From: Candidatus Multivoradales bacterium
GTDB lineage: Bacteria > Acidobacteriota > Thermoanaerobaculia > Multivoradales > Multivoraceae
Direction: 5' to 3'
Assembly: GCA_965223325.1 (NCBI GenBank)
Contig: CBDCWI010000001.1
Coordinates: 1,056,001 to 1,120,000 of the forward strand
Length of the DNA: 64,000 bases
Part shown: positions 29,653 through 39,511 of the stretch, in pieces
Layout: the number at the start of each line of letters is the position of its first letter
How positions within the stretch are numbered: the stretch's first letter is position 1
Notes under the pieces: generated by a model
Told to the model about the DNA's origin: nothing
The model's input: the letters and a program-made list of their open reading frames with translations, nothing else
Database searches by the model: none
Program-made: the position numbers and the translations under genes

Positions 29653-29871
29653 TCAAAAGCGTGTCTCATGAGTAAAGGTCTCAACGGGGACGCCTAGCCA
29701 GCCGACGAGCGCCAGGACGCCATCGACTTCCATCCTGCCTCCGTGCTGGGTTCGGGAGATCGTCGAAATACTTACACCGGTCTCCTTGGCGATCTCTTTC
29801 CAGGTCACACCGCGAGAACGGCGCTCCACATCCAGCGCTGCATAGAGAGCCTTCGGATTGAACCTCCGCAT
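29653..29871 (-). CDS. Small XRE-like HTH transcriptional regulator
   Basis: LDVERRSRGVTWKEIAKETGVSISTISR; start placed at MRRFNP. Confidence 0.8.
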   Translation of the reverse strand: MRRFNPKALYAALDVERRSRGVTWKEIAKETGVSISTISRTQHGGRMEVDGVLALVGWLGVPVETFTHETRF

Positions 29872-30078
29872 GTCTTTACCCCGTGATGAAAAGTGCGGCA
29901 GTAGGGTGTGCGCGTCGCTTTCAAACCCCATGATCTCAGCCTCCAACCGTGAACCGGCTTGTTCTCTCATCCCACCTTGGAGGAGCGTTCCATCTGAGCC
30001 CGGCCCTTCTCTCGACGGATTGAAACCTCGATTGTAGGACGACCCCCAAGAGGGGATTGTCTCGCTAGACTGGGGCTC

Positions 30079-31032
30079 ATGGTCGCCAGCCGATCTCCTT
30101 ACCGAGCCTCAGACGAGCGTACCGCCCATCGGGCCCGATTCGCTTTACGTTGTTGTTTCGCGCTGGCGCTTTCGGCCGTCGCCCTCGCTGTCGCCGGGTG
30201 CTCGCTGATTGCCCCGTCGACTCGTCCTACCCCAGAAGCGCCCAGGAATCTCTACTGCAAGCTCGAGTACCGCCCGGGTGGACCGGACTCCGCTGGCCCC
30301 GACATTCTCTTCCTGGCGGCTGCGAACCCGTACAAGACGGAGGAGGTCGCGATGAGCCTGCCCGACGGAATCGTCCACCGTGCACTGGCGCCGGGGCGGC
30401 ATCTCACCGAACCCGCGAGCCTGAGCGGCGCAACGTGCGAGACCAGAGCCTGGTCCAGGGGTCACCGGCTTCCCATGATTTTTTCGCCGCGCAATCACCT
30501 CCTCTGTAGGCGCCATGGAGATGAGCGCGTCGAGTTCAGCTTGAAGACCAAGTACGGAAGCTGCTCCGAGATCATCGAAGCTGCGGACATGACTCCCCGC
30601 TGCAGTCTCCCCTGGAAGCGTATCCACAGGCTCATCGACCGTCTGCCACCGGGTGCCTGCCCAGACATTCCCACAGCGACGGCGGAGTCACGCCGACTAT
30701 CGCGCCCCGGCGCGCTGGCCATCGTAATCCGCGAAGGGTCTGGTGCTGTAGCCGAGGCGACCGACTGGCTCACGCTCGAGGTCAACAGCGTCAACCGACG
30801 CTCCGCCGTCACCTCGAGTACCCCGTTCGATGGCCAGCCCTGGAGACTCCGGCTCAACGACGGCACGCTGCCAGCAGCACTCTCGACCGCCATCGAAGGC
30901 ATGCGCACCGGTGAGCGACGGCGAATCTATGCGGCTCCAGTCCAGTCAACACACGTGCCAAGGGACGTCTCCTCGGACGTCTTGTTCTGGGACGTCCAGC
31001 TCATCGCGACCTCGAAAGCCGAAGAGGAGTAG
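30079..31032 (+). CDS. Lipoprotein with degenerate C-terminal FKBP-type domain
   Basis: VAGC lipobox; Cys-rich N-terminal half; AIEGMRTGERRRIYAAP...LFWDVQLI matches the FKBP C-terminal pattern. Confidence 0.65.
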   Translation: MVASRSPYRASDERTAHRARFALRCCFALALSAVALAVAGCSLIAPSTRPTPEAPRNLYCKLEYRPGGPDSAGPDILFLAAANPYKTEEVAMSLPDGIVHRALAPGRHLTEPASLSGATCETRAWSRGHRLPMIFSPRNHLLCRRHGDERVEFSLKTKYGSCSEIIEAADMTPRCSLPWKRIHRLIDRLPPGACPDIPTATAESRRLSRPGALAIVIREGSGAVAEATDWLTLEVNSVNRRSAVTSSTPFDGQPWRLRLNDGTLPAALSTAIEGMRTGERRRIYAAPVQSTHVPRDVSSDVLFWDVQLIATSKAEEE

Positions 31033-31095
31033 GGCCGCCCGTTCGAGAGGCCCTCACCGAGTCTCGGGGCGAAAGCGCCGCGACAGAACGCGGAC

Positions 31096-33306
31096 TCACT
31101 CCTCTGCCAATGCGTAGAGATGGCCAGGGGTGCGAACGAAGAGCGTTCCGTCTGACACCGCAGGGGTCGCCATGAGCGGCTCGTCGAACTCGTTGATCGC
31201 GACTTCCTTGTACTCGGCGCCAGCCGCAAGGACGTACATCTGACCTTCCTCGGTCGCGACGTAGAGATGGTCATTGACGACCACCGGTGAGGCCGTAAAG
31301 GTGCCGCCCTGGCTGAAGCGCTTCTTGTAGAGGGCATCGCCGGTCAGGGCATCGTAGGCCACCATGCGGCCGTTGTGGTGCACCAGGTAGAACAGACCTT
31401 TGTAGAGGAGCGGCGTGGGCATGTAGGCACCGCCCACTCGATGGCTCCACGCCACCTGTTCGCTGGCCTCCCCCGGAGACAGTTCGATCTTGCCGCGGCT
31501 CCCTGAACGCACCGCGTAGATTGGCTTGATCGGGGCGTATCCCGCCGACACGTAGACGACCCCGTCGCCGACCACCGGCCGCGCAATCACCAACTCGGAG
31601 TTGGGCCCCAGACTCCACAGCTCCTTGCCGGTTCCAGGGTCGTAGCCATGGATGGTGGAGCCATTGAGCACCAGCTCGTCGCCGGAGGCGGCGCGCAGGA
31701 TGCTCGGGGTCGAAAAGGACGGCGCAACGTCACGCGGCACCTTCCACACCATCTTGCCAGTCGCTACATTCCACGCCGCCATGTACGCACCTTCGTCGAC
31801 ATCGCTCCTGGACACATCGACCTGGAGGATCACGGTGTCGTTGTAGAGGATGGGAGAGCTGGAGTAACCCCATTCGAGTTCAGGGTCCATGAAAGCGCTG
31901 GCATTGAGACCACCTAGCGGGTGATGCCAGAGAACGTTGCCGTCCAGGTCGAGGCTGGCAATGCCAGCGGTCGGGAAAACCACCACCAGATGTTCGCCGT
32001 CGGTGACCGGGGTCGAATTCGCCTGGGTAGCTTTGAAGTGCCGGCTCGTGAGCGGCTTGGCCCTGGCGATCTCGGTCGACCAGAGCTCTTTGCCCGTCTT
32101 CTTGTCGAACGCGAGAACTCGCCAGCTATGCAGCAGGTCGTCGGTGACCGTCTCGCCTGAGCCGGTGTCGCCTACCCGCAGATCTTCCTGGTGATCGGCA
32201 ACCGCAGTGGTGAGAAACACCTTGTCTCCCCACACGACGGGACTCGAGTTGCCCAGGCCCGGTATCTCGACCGCAAAGCGGACGTTCTCGCCGGTCTTGA
32301 TGTTCCAGGTGGTCGGAGTCGGCGTCCCATCACCGATCCCGTCACCGTCGTTTCCGCGAAAGCCGGCCCAGTTGCGCGTGTGGCGCGTCTTTGCCTGCCA
32401 GGCCACTCGCTCACTCGCCACTCTCGCTCGCCGGTCGACGGCGTCGATCGGCTCGGCGACACTCCGCCGCAGCATCTCGGTTTCGGTTCCCGGCACCATC
32501 AGGTAGATCCCTTCGACCAGGCCGAAACGTCCCCAGAAACTCGCTTCGATGGCCAGTGCCTCATCGCTCGCCGGTCGAAACGTGACTTCGGCCATTCCGG
32601 CCAGGCCGCCCTCGACGACTTTCAGTTCGACCGGCGCGCCCCCGTCGAGGCTCAGCCAGAGCTTGTCGCCGCGCCGGGTGGCTCGAGCCGAGGTGTCCGA
32701 CGCCCAGCCTTCGAAGTGACCGACCAGCCGATCGAGCTCAGCGGTGCTGAGCGTCGGTACCGGCGGATCGGGACGCGTCCTGGCGGTCTCGAGCAGCGAA
32801 GTGAGAGGGCCGTCGTTCTGGTCTCGAAGTCTCGAAACGGTGGACTCGTTGATAGGACCCGCGTCGATGACCGCCCGCGCCAGATCGAGATCGGAGCTTC
32901 TCACCGCGAAGGCAAGCGCCCCCTCTCGGCTCTCGGCGCCGAGCTCGAGCAGCAGCCGCGCCATGTCGAGATCGCCATTGCCAAGCGCGGTTTCGAGAGG
33001 CCGTGAGTCATAGAAGCTCTCGGCGGCGTTGACACTGGCTCCGCGCTCAGCCAGGAGGCGCACGACCTCGGTGTGCCCGGCGCGTGCGGCGAGAAACAGG
33101 GCCGTCGCGCCATAGCGATCGCCGGCTTCGAGGTCGGCGCCGGCGGTGAGCGCCCTATGGACGGCTGAGAGGTCGCCTTGGCGAGCCGCCTCGCGCAGAG
33201 CCTCATCGCTTTGAGCAACAAGGGCGGCCGGCAAAAGGGCGAGCACCTGGAATAAGACCAGACCGGCGGCGAGAACGATAAGGCAGGATCGATTTCGGTT
33301 CTTCAT
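31096..33306 (-). CDS. Ankyrin-repeat + PQQ-like (BamB-type) beta-propeller protein
   Basis: Signal peptide; ankyrin repeats (GATALFLAARAGHTEVVRLLAERGA); WAGFRG...PGLGNSSPVVWGDKVFLT, STPVTDG, TGKELW propeller motifs. Start MKNRNR. Confidence 0.9.
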   Translation of the reverse strand: MKNRNRSCLIVLAAGLVLFQVLALLPAALVAQSDEALREAARQGDLSAVHRALTAGADLEAGDRYGATALFLAARAGHTEVVRLLAERGASVNAAESFYDSRPLETALGNGDLDMARLLLELGAESREGALAFAVRSSDLDLARAVIDAGPINESTVSRLRDQNDGPLTSLLETARTRPDPPVPTLSTAELDRLVGHFEGWASDTSARATRRGDKLWLSLDGGAPVELKVVEGGLAGMAEVTFRPASDEALAIEASFWGRFGLVEGIYLMVPGTETEMLRRSVAEPIDAVDRRARVASERVAWQAKTRHTRNWAGFRGNDGDGIGDGTPTPTTWNIKTGENVRFAVEIPGLGNSSPVVWGDKVFLTTAVADHQEDLRVGDTGSGETVTDDLLHSWRVLAFDKKTGKELWSTEIARAKPLTSRHFKATQANSTPVTDGEHLVVVFPTAGIASLDLDGNVLWHHPLGGLNASAFMDPELEWGYSSSPILYNDTVILQVDVSRSDVDEGAYMAAWNVATGKMVWKVPRDVAPSFSTPSILRAASGDELVLNGSTIHGYDPGTGKELWSLGPNSELVIARPVVGDGVVYVSAGYAPIKPIYAVRSGSRGKIELSPGEASEQVAWSHRVGGAYMPTPLLYKGLFYLVHHNGRMVAYDALTGDALYKKRFSQGGTFTASPVVVNDHLYVATEEGQMYVLAAGAEYKEVAINEFDEPLMATPAVSDGTLFVRTPGHLYALAEE

Positions 33307-33367
33307 GTCTTCATCCAGGTAGGCGCTTCGGCGTCTTCGCTCGGCGCGCGCGAGTCTGAGCTCTGAC

Positions 33368-35092
33368 CTAACCGATGGCGCGATATGAAAAGACGAGGTA
33401 GAGACCGAGCAGCAAAGCTGCCCAGAAGACGGTTGTACCGGTTGGCCAGGGTTCGCCCAACCGGCCCGCCGGGCTGTGTAGCCTCGCGACTTCGGCAAGG
33501 CCGCGCGATAGGAGGCTCTGGAAGAACGAGGTCACCGTTTCGGCGACCCGGCGCGCGATGGCTAGACCGGCGCGGCTCGAGCCAGGCACGGCGCGGCGCC
33601 ATAGCCAGTCGACATCGATGTTGGTCGAGCGTAGCTCTGGCGGGTAGATGCCGGTCAGCATGAGGCTGACGAAGGCGAGGGCGGAGAAGAAGAGGAGTTG
33701 GAGCTGGGTCACGACGTGGGTCGTCGTGTAGGGCTCGTAGGAGACTTCGTAGGGCAAGAGCGCGTAGAGAGCGTCGGGGAAGCAGCCAATGGCGACACAG
33801 AGGGCGGCGGCGAGGGCCATTGCGGCGAGCATGTTGGCGGGGGCTTCTTTGGGCCGCAGGCCGGAGTCGTGACCGAAGAAGGCGAAGAAGGGGATCTTGA
33901 TGCCGGCATGGTGGAAGACGCCGGCCGAGGCGAAGAGCAGCGCCAGCCAAACCCAGGCGTGACCCTGATGTGCGGCTTCGGCCATCACCATCGACTTCGA
34001 AACGAAGCCGGAAAAGAGCGGGAAGGCCGAGATCGAGGCAGCGCCGACCATGCAGAAACCGGCGGTTGCAGGCATGGTTTTGTACAGGCCCCCGAGGTCG
34101 GAACCGTTGATGCGGCCGGTGCGCATGAGCACGGCGCCCATGGTCATGAAAAGCAGGCCTTTGAAGATCACGTCGTTGAATGCGTGGGCAACCGCACCGT
34201 TGACACCCATGCCCGGGCCGAGGCCGATGCCGACCACCATGAAGCCGATCTGGTTGATCATGCTGTAGCCGAGAACGCGGCGCAGATCGTTCTCGATGAC
34301 CGCGTAGAAGATCGGGAACATGGCCATCGTTGCACCAACCAGGATCAGGCCTTCGAAGCCGGCGAACATCCGCGCCAGGGCGTAGACCGCCACCTTGGTG
34401 GTGAACGATGTCAAGAACACTGCGCCGGTCGGTGTGGCGGTGGGATAGCCGTCAACCAGCCAGGTGTGGGCGCCCGGGAAGGCGGCCTTGATTCCGAAGG
34501 CAAAAAGTAGACACCATGCGGCCGGGCCGGCAACGAGCGTGCCGCTCTCGCCAACGAACGACACCAAGGCCAGCGACCCGCTTTCGACCCAGGCGAGGCC
34601 GGCACCGGCAAGCAGTAAGAGGCCCGAGGTCACGTGCATCATCAAATAGCGCATGCCCGAGGCGACGGCTTGTTCCGTGCGACTCGCCCAGATCAAGAAG
34701 ACCGAAGTGATCGCCAGCAATTCCCAGAACACGAACAGCGTCACCAGGTCGCCGGCGAGGACCGCACCGATGGCGGCGCCGGCGTAGGAGAGCGCCATCA
34801 CGTTCTGCAACGTGTCGCGCACGTGGAGCGCGTAGAGCGCGCCGAGGAACGCCGCGAGATGGAACAGGAGAACGAACAGCCTGCTCAACGCATCGAGGCG
34901 CAGCACCTGGAGTTCGAGGCCACCGATCGTTAGCGACCAGGCAGCGCCGAGGTCGAGGCGTAGGAAGACCAGCAGACTCAGGACCGGCAAGAGAAGCGAA
35001 CCGGCCGCGCGCGCGCGGTGAGGCAGCACCCACAAAAGGAGCGGCCCGAGCAACAGAACGAGAGCCGGATGGAGAGCGGGTAACTCAGCCAT
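33368..35092 (-). CDS. mrpD: Mrp Na+/H+ antiporter subunit D-type (third copy)
   Basis: LFVFWELL, HTWLVDGYP, FTTKVAVYAL, ENDLRRVLGYS, HAFNDVIFKGLLF; start MAELPA. Confidence 0.85.
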   Translation of the reverse strand: MAELPALHPALVLLLGPLLLWVLPHRARAAGSLLLPVLSLLVFLRLDLGAAWSLTIGGLELQVLRLDALSRLFVLLFHLAAFLGALYALHVRDTLQNVMALSYAGAAIGAVLAGDLVTLFVFWELLAITSVFLIWASRTEQAVASGMRYLMMHVTSGLLLLAGAGLAWVESGSLALVSFVGESGTLVAGPAAWCLLFAFGIKAAFPGAHTWLVDGYPTATPTGAVFLTSFTTKVAVYALARMFAGFEGLILVGATMAMFPIFYAVIENDLRRVLGYSMINQIGFMVVGIGLGPGMGVNGAVAHAFNDVIFKGLLFMTMGAVLMRTGRINGSDLGGLYKTMPATAGFCMVGAASISAFPLFSGFVSKSMVMAEAAHQGHAWVWLALLFASAGVFHHAGIKIPFFAFFGHDSGLRPKEAPANMLAAMALAAALCVAIGCFPDALYALLPYEVSYEPYTTTHVVTQLQLLFFSALAFVSLMLTGIYPPELRSTNIDVDWLWRRAVPGSSRAGLAIARRVAETVTSFFQSLLSRGLAEVARLHSPAGRLGEPWPTGTTVFWAALLLGLYLVFSYRAIG

Positions 35093-35591
35093 CGTGACCC
35101 TCCCCGGCCGCAGCGCCACCGTCACTCGCTGCGTGACCGCCGTGCCCGTGGCCGTGCGGCAACGCCACCTGCGGCGGCGGCTCGAGACCGAGACCCGAAG
35201 CGTCAAAGGTCGCAGACTCGCGGTAGTACACCTCAGAGCGGCCGATCACCCGCCGCATCTGCTTGGCGACCAGCACCAGAAGCACACAGGCGACAAACCC
35301 GTAGACGGGATAGAACGCCGGCCAATGTTCGGCTCTTTCAACGAAGGGCAGAATGCCGCTCTTCGCACTCGGAGCCGTACTGTGCTCAGTACCCTCATCA
35401 GCACTCTGATCGGCATCCTGCTCGATATCGTGCTCCACGCTCTCTACAACGTGCGCTTCTTCGAAGCTACCGTGACGGTGAACGACGAAGTCGAGCAGCA
35501 CGAAGATCGCGCAGGCCACCCAGAACACGTGGATCAATCGCTTGACGTTCTTCGGGTCATCCCAGAGATGTTGGCGTTCTTCGGCACTCAT
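35085..35591 (-). CDS. Small membrane protein within mrp operon
   Basis: HLWDDPKNVKRL...FYPVYGFVACVLLVLVAK..R...RSEVYY; overlaps both neighbours. Confidence 0.75.
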   Translation of the reverse strand: MSAEERQHLWDDPKNVKRLIHVFWVACAIFVLLDFVVHRHGSFEEAHVVESVEHDIEQDADQSADEGTEHSTAPSAKSGILPFVERAEHWPAFYPVYGFVACVLLVLVAKQMRRVIGRSEVYYRESATFDASGLGLEPPPQVALPHGHGHGGHAASDGGAAAGEGHDG

Positions 35592-37150
35592 GGTGCACCT
35601 CCCGCGACTCCGGTGGTTGATGCAGCCAGACCGTCGACACCCGGCAGAAGCCGCGCCAGTTCAATGAACGGATCGGGGTAGACAAACAACGCCACACACA
35701 AAAGCGCCGTGATGACCAGCGGTACCGTGACCATCGGCGGAGCCTCGGCGAAGCCCTCGTGCCCGCCGTGGCCGTGATGACCATGTTCTTTGTCCGTATC
35801 AGGCGGCAGGAAGAAGGCCCGCACCGCGATCGGCAACAGGTACAAAATGTTGAGCAGCGAGCTCACCATCAGCACAACAACCACCAACAACCGGTCACTC
35901 GAAAGCGCCCCTTCAACCAGGAACCACTTGCTCCACGAGCCGGCAAGCGGTGGCACGCCAACAATCGAGAGCGACGCCACCAGAAAGGCGCCCATCGTGA
36001 ATGGCATTCGTCGCCCCAGGCCCTGCATGTCTGGTATCTCGGTTTTGTGCGCCTTGACGTAGATCGCGCCGGCGCAGAAGAACAGGGTGATCTTGCCAAC
36101 GGCGTGGGTCACGATGTGAAGTGCCCCGCCGAGAACCGAAGCGCTGGTCGCCAGAGCCGCCCCGAGCACGATGTAGGACAGCTGACTGATCGTCGAATAG
36201 GCCAGCCGGCGCTTGAGATTCTGCTGCCCCAGTGCAACCAGGGACGCCGCCAGAATCGTGAAGCAGGCAACCCACACCAGGAACCGTCCACCCAGGAAAG
36301 AGCCGCTACCGACCTCGGCAAGGGTGCCAACGCCGAAGACGTAGACCACGACCTTCATCACCGTGAAAACGCCGGCCTTGACCACCGCCACCGCATGCAG
36401 GAGCGCCGAGACCGGCGTTGGCGCGACCATGGCTGCTGGCAGCCAACGATGAAACGGCATGAGGGCCGCCTTGCCAATGCCAAAGGCGTAGAGGGCGAGC
36501 AACAGGGTGACCGCTGCGGGCGAGAGTTCACCAGCCTCTACGGCATCGCGCAGAATGCCGCCGGCACTGAACTCGAGGGTTCCCGCCCACTGCCAGGTGA
36601 GCGCGATCGCCAGCAACAAGAAGGCGATCGAGGTCGTCACTAGAATACCGAGGTAGGTGCGACCCGAGCGCATCGCCTGTTCCGTTCGGTGATGGGTGAC
36701 CAACGGATAGGTCGAGAACGTCAGCACCTCATAGAACAAAAACAAGGTGAAGAGATTGCGCGCGAAGGCAATGCCGATGGCGGCAAAGATGGCGATGGCA
36801 AAACATACGAAGAAGCGCGTCTGGCCGGTCTCTTTGTGGGCGCGCATGTAGCCGAAGGCGTAGATCGAGGTGAGGATCCACAGCCCGCTGGCGACAATCG
36901 CGAAGATCATGCCCAGCGGCTCGGCGCGAAACGCCAGATCCCAGCCCTTCCAGACCGAAAACAGAACCGCCTCGGGTTCGGCGGCAGAACGCACCGCAGG
37001 CAGCACCTTGAGCACCGCCCAGAAAGTGGCCGCCGAGATGGCAACCGTTGTCGCATCGCGCAGGTTGGGGAGCTTGCCAACCAAAGCGACCAGGAAGGCG
37101 CCGGCAAGCGGCAGACCCAGCGACCACAAGAGCGCTTGTTCAGGAGTCAT
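35588..37150 (-). CDS. mrpD: Mrp Na+/H+ antiporter subunit D-type (second copy)
   Basis: FLFYEVLT, KAALMPFHRWLPAAMVAPTPVSALLHAVAVVKAG, LKRRLAYST. Confidence 0.9.
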   Translation of the reverse strand: MTPEQALLWSLGLPLAGAFLVALVGKLPNLRDATTVAISAATFWAVLKVLPAVRSAAEPEAVLFSVWKGWDLAFRAEPLGMIFAIVASGLWILTSIYAFGYMRAHKETGQTRFFVCFAIAIFAAIGIAFARNLFTLFLFYEVLTFSTYPLVTHHRTEQAMRSGRTYLGILVTTSIAFLLLAIALTWQWAGTLEFSAGGILRDAVEAGELSPAAVTLLLALYAFGIGKAALMPFHRWLPAAMVAPTPVSALLHAVAVVKAGVFTVMKVVVYVFGVGTLAEVGSGSFLGGRFLVWVACFTILAASLVALGQQNLKRRLAYSTISQLSYIVLGAALATSASVLGGALHIVTHAVGKITLFFCAGAIYVKAHKTEIPDMQGLGRRMPFTMGAFLVASLSIVGVPPLAGSWSKWFLVEGALSSDRLLVVVVLMVSSLLNILYLLPIAVRAFFLPPDTDKEHGHHGHGGHEGFAEAPPMVTVPLVITALLCVALFVYPDPFIELARLLPGVDGLAASTTGVAGGAP

Positions 37151-38622
37151 GGCATGCCTCCCAGGAGCCGTGCTGCGGCTTCGCTCGCCACGCTCGAGGT
37201 CAACGAGGCGTAGAGGCCGAAGAAGACGGTCGCACCAATCAGGGTCCAGGCGGGAATGAGCATCGAAAGCGGTGCCTTCGCCGCTCCCCCGTCGCCGTCA
37301 GGTTCGCGAAAATACATCGCCTCGATGACCCGCCAGATGTAGACCACCGCGAGCAGCGAGCTCAAGAGGATGAGCGCCGCCACCCACCACCAGCCGGCCT
37401 CGAGCGCCCCCACGACCAGGTACCACTTGCTCACGAAGCCCACCGTTCCCGGCACCCCGATCAGCGACAGGCCACCCACGACAAACGCCGCCGCCGTCCA
37501 TGGCATGCGCTTGCCAAGGCCTTTGAGGTGCGCGAGGGTCGCGCCTCCCAACTGCGCGCCGATGATCGCCATCACCAGGAAGAGCCCGCTCTTCATCAGG
37601 CCATGGTTGAAGAGGTGAACGAGACCACCGGTCAGTCCGCTGGTTGTCGCCGTGGCCAGGCCGAGGGTCATGTAACCGACCTGCGCAATCGACGAGTAGG
37701 CCAGCATTCGTTTGATGTCGTTCTGGTAGATCGCCGCGAGCGATGCCACGAACATCGCCAGGAGCGAGAGCGGCAGGAGGAGCCAGTGCAGCCGCAGCAC
37801 GTCGAAGACGAAGACGGCGCCAAACACCGTGAACAGAAACCGCAAGAGCACGTAGTACGACACCTTGGTCGCCGTGCCGGCCAGGAAGGCCGACACCTGC
37901 GATGGGGCGTAGCTGTAGGCGTTCGGTAGCCACTGATGGAGCGGGAAGACGGCGAGCTTGATCGACAGGCCAACGACCAGGAAGGCGAAGGCGACCTCGA
38001 GGGTGCGGCTGCCATAGAGCGTCGGCAGGAGCATCGCCAGGTCGCTCAGGTTGAGCGTGCCGGTCATCTGGTAGAGGCCGCCAATGCCGAGCAGCACGAA
38101 CGTGCCGCCGAGCGTTCCCATGATCAGGTAGGAGAACGCGGCCATCAGCGAGCGCCTTCCCCGTCCCATGCTGATCAACGAGTACGACGCCAACGAAGAA
38201 ATCTCGAGAAAGACGAAGGTGTTGAATGCGTCGGCGGTGGCGGTCATCCCGAGTAGCCCTGCCAGGCAAAGCAGGTACGCCGCATAGAACAAGTACTTGC
38301 GCTCGAAGGAAATGCGCGAGCCGCTACCGCGAGGGTCGAACAGCAGGACGACCGCAGCGATCAGGGTCACCACCACGAGCACGAAGGCGTTGGTGACCGT
38401 GATCCGGTACTCGATACCGAGGGGCGGTGGCCAGCCGCCCAACGCGTACGACCAGTCGCCGTCGGAACGAACGCGCTCGAGCAGCGTGAGCGCGACGCCA
38501 AAGCTCGCCCATGCCACACCCGTCGCCAGCCAACGCGCCATCACAGTGTTGCGCAAGAGCAGACACACCGGCGCTGCCAGGAGGGGAAGGACCACCTGGA
38601 TGATGGGCAGGTGGTCGCTCAC
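37147..38622 (-). CDS. mrpD: Mrp Na+/H+ antiporter subunit D
   Basis: DAFNTFVFLEI, KLAVFPLHQWLPNAY, IKRMLAYSS, HLFNHGLMKSGLF. Confidence 0.92.
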   Translation of the reverse strand: MSDHLPIIQVVLPLLAAPVCLLLRNTVMARWLATGVAWASFGVALTLLERVRSDGDWSYALGGWPPPLGIEYRITVTNAFVLVVVTLIAAVVLLFDPRGSGSRISFERKYLFYAAYLLCLAGLLGMTATADAFNTFVFLEISSLASYSLISMGRGRRSLMAAFSYLIMGTLGGTFVLLGIGGLYQMTGTLNLSDLAMLLPTLYGSRTLEVAFAFLVVGLSIKLAVFPLHQWLPNAYSYAPSQVSAFLAGTATKVSYYVLLRFLFTVFGAVFVFDVLRLHWLLLPLSLLAMFVASLAAIYQNDIKRMLAYSSIAQVGYMTLGLATATTSGLTGGLVHLFNHGLMKSGLFLVMAIIGAQLGGATLAHLKGLGKRMPWTAAAFVVGGLSLIGVPGTVGFVSKWYLVVGALEAGWWWVAALILLSSLLAVVYIWRVIEAMYFREPDGDGGAAKAPLSMLIPAWTLIGATVFFGLYASLTSSVASEAAARLLGGMP

Positions 38623-39008
38623 GCGACCTTCCGGTGGGGTTCTTCGAGATCGAGCTGGACGATCTCGTCTTCTTCAACGGTGCCGTATTCCTGGCGAATG
38701 CGCACAACGATCGCCAAGGCAAGCGCAGTCACCGCTACACCAACGACAATGGCGGTGAGCATCAAGACATGCGGCAGTGGGTTGGAGTACAAGACCTCGC
38801 CGTGGGCCGCTCCGTGATCGCCCTCGATGAGAATTGGCGCAGTTCCACCCTGCACCTTGCCCATCGCAACGTAGTAGAGAATCGCTGACGACTGGAAGAT
38901 GTTGAGCCCCATCACCTTCTTGACCAGGTTGTCGCGCGCAACGACGGTGTAGACGCCCGTCATCATCAAGGCGATGATCACCCAGTAGATCCATAGGCCG
39001 GCGTTCAT
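38619..39008 (-). CDS. mrpC: Mrp Na+/H+ antiporter subunit C
   Basis: NLVKKVMGLNIFQ, NPLPHVLMLTAIVVG. Confidence 0.93.
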   Translation of the reverse strand: MNAGLWIYWVIIALMMTGVYTVVARDNLVKKVMGLNIFQSSAILYYVAMGKVQGGTAPILIEGDHGAAHGEVLYSNPLPHVLMLTAIVVGVAVTALALAIVVRIRQEYGTVEEDEIVQLDLEEPHRKVA

Positions 39009-39511
39009 CGCGCAGCTCCCCTGCCACCGTCTCCACCGCCCTCGACCCGCCGGGCTGCACCAGCGAACAGTAAGAAGAGCAAGGAGATCGAGGATGCAAC
39101 GGTGATCCCGACGCCGAGTTCAATGATAAAGATGCCCCAGTGCTGACCAAGACCAAACGGCAGAGCGTCGTAGTCGAGATAGGTGCCACCGCCCAACATC
39201 GCGACGACGCCGGTGCCACCGTAGAGCAGCGCACCCGCCGCCATCAGCCGCTCGAGAACCCGCGGCGGAACCGCTTGCGTGAGCGCCCGGAGGCCGAAGA
39301 CCAGGGCATAGAGAATCAGGCCGGCCGCGAAGATCACCCCGGCCTGGAAGCCCCCGCCAGGCCCGAAGTCACCGTGGAACTGCACGTACAACCCGAACAG
39401 CAGGATGAACGGAATCATCAGGCGCGCCGAGAGGTTGGGAATCAACTTCTCGGGCATGCGCATCGGGCGGTGGCCCCGCTTGCCTTCATTGTTGTCGGGT
39501 AGCGGCGGCAC
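39005..39511 (-). CDS. mrpB: Mrp Na+/H+ antiporter subunit B
   Basis: LYVQFHGDFGPGGGFQAG, IELGVGITV. Confidence 0.92.
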   Translation of the reverse strand: MPPLPDNNEGKRGHRPMRMPEKLIPNLSARLMIPFILLFGLYVQFHGDFGPGGGFQAGVIFAAGLILYALVFGLRALTQAVPPRVLERLMAAGALLYGGTGVVAMLGGGTYLDYDALPFGLGQHWGIFIIELGVGITVASSISLLFLLFAGAARRVEGGGDGGRGAAR

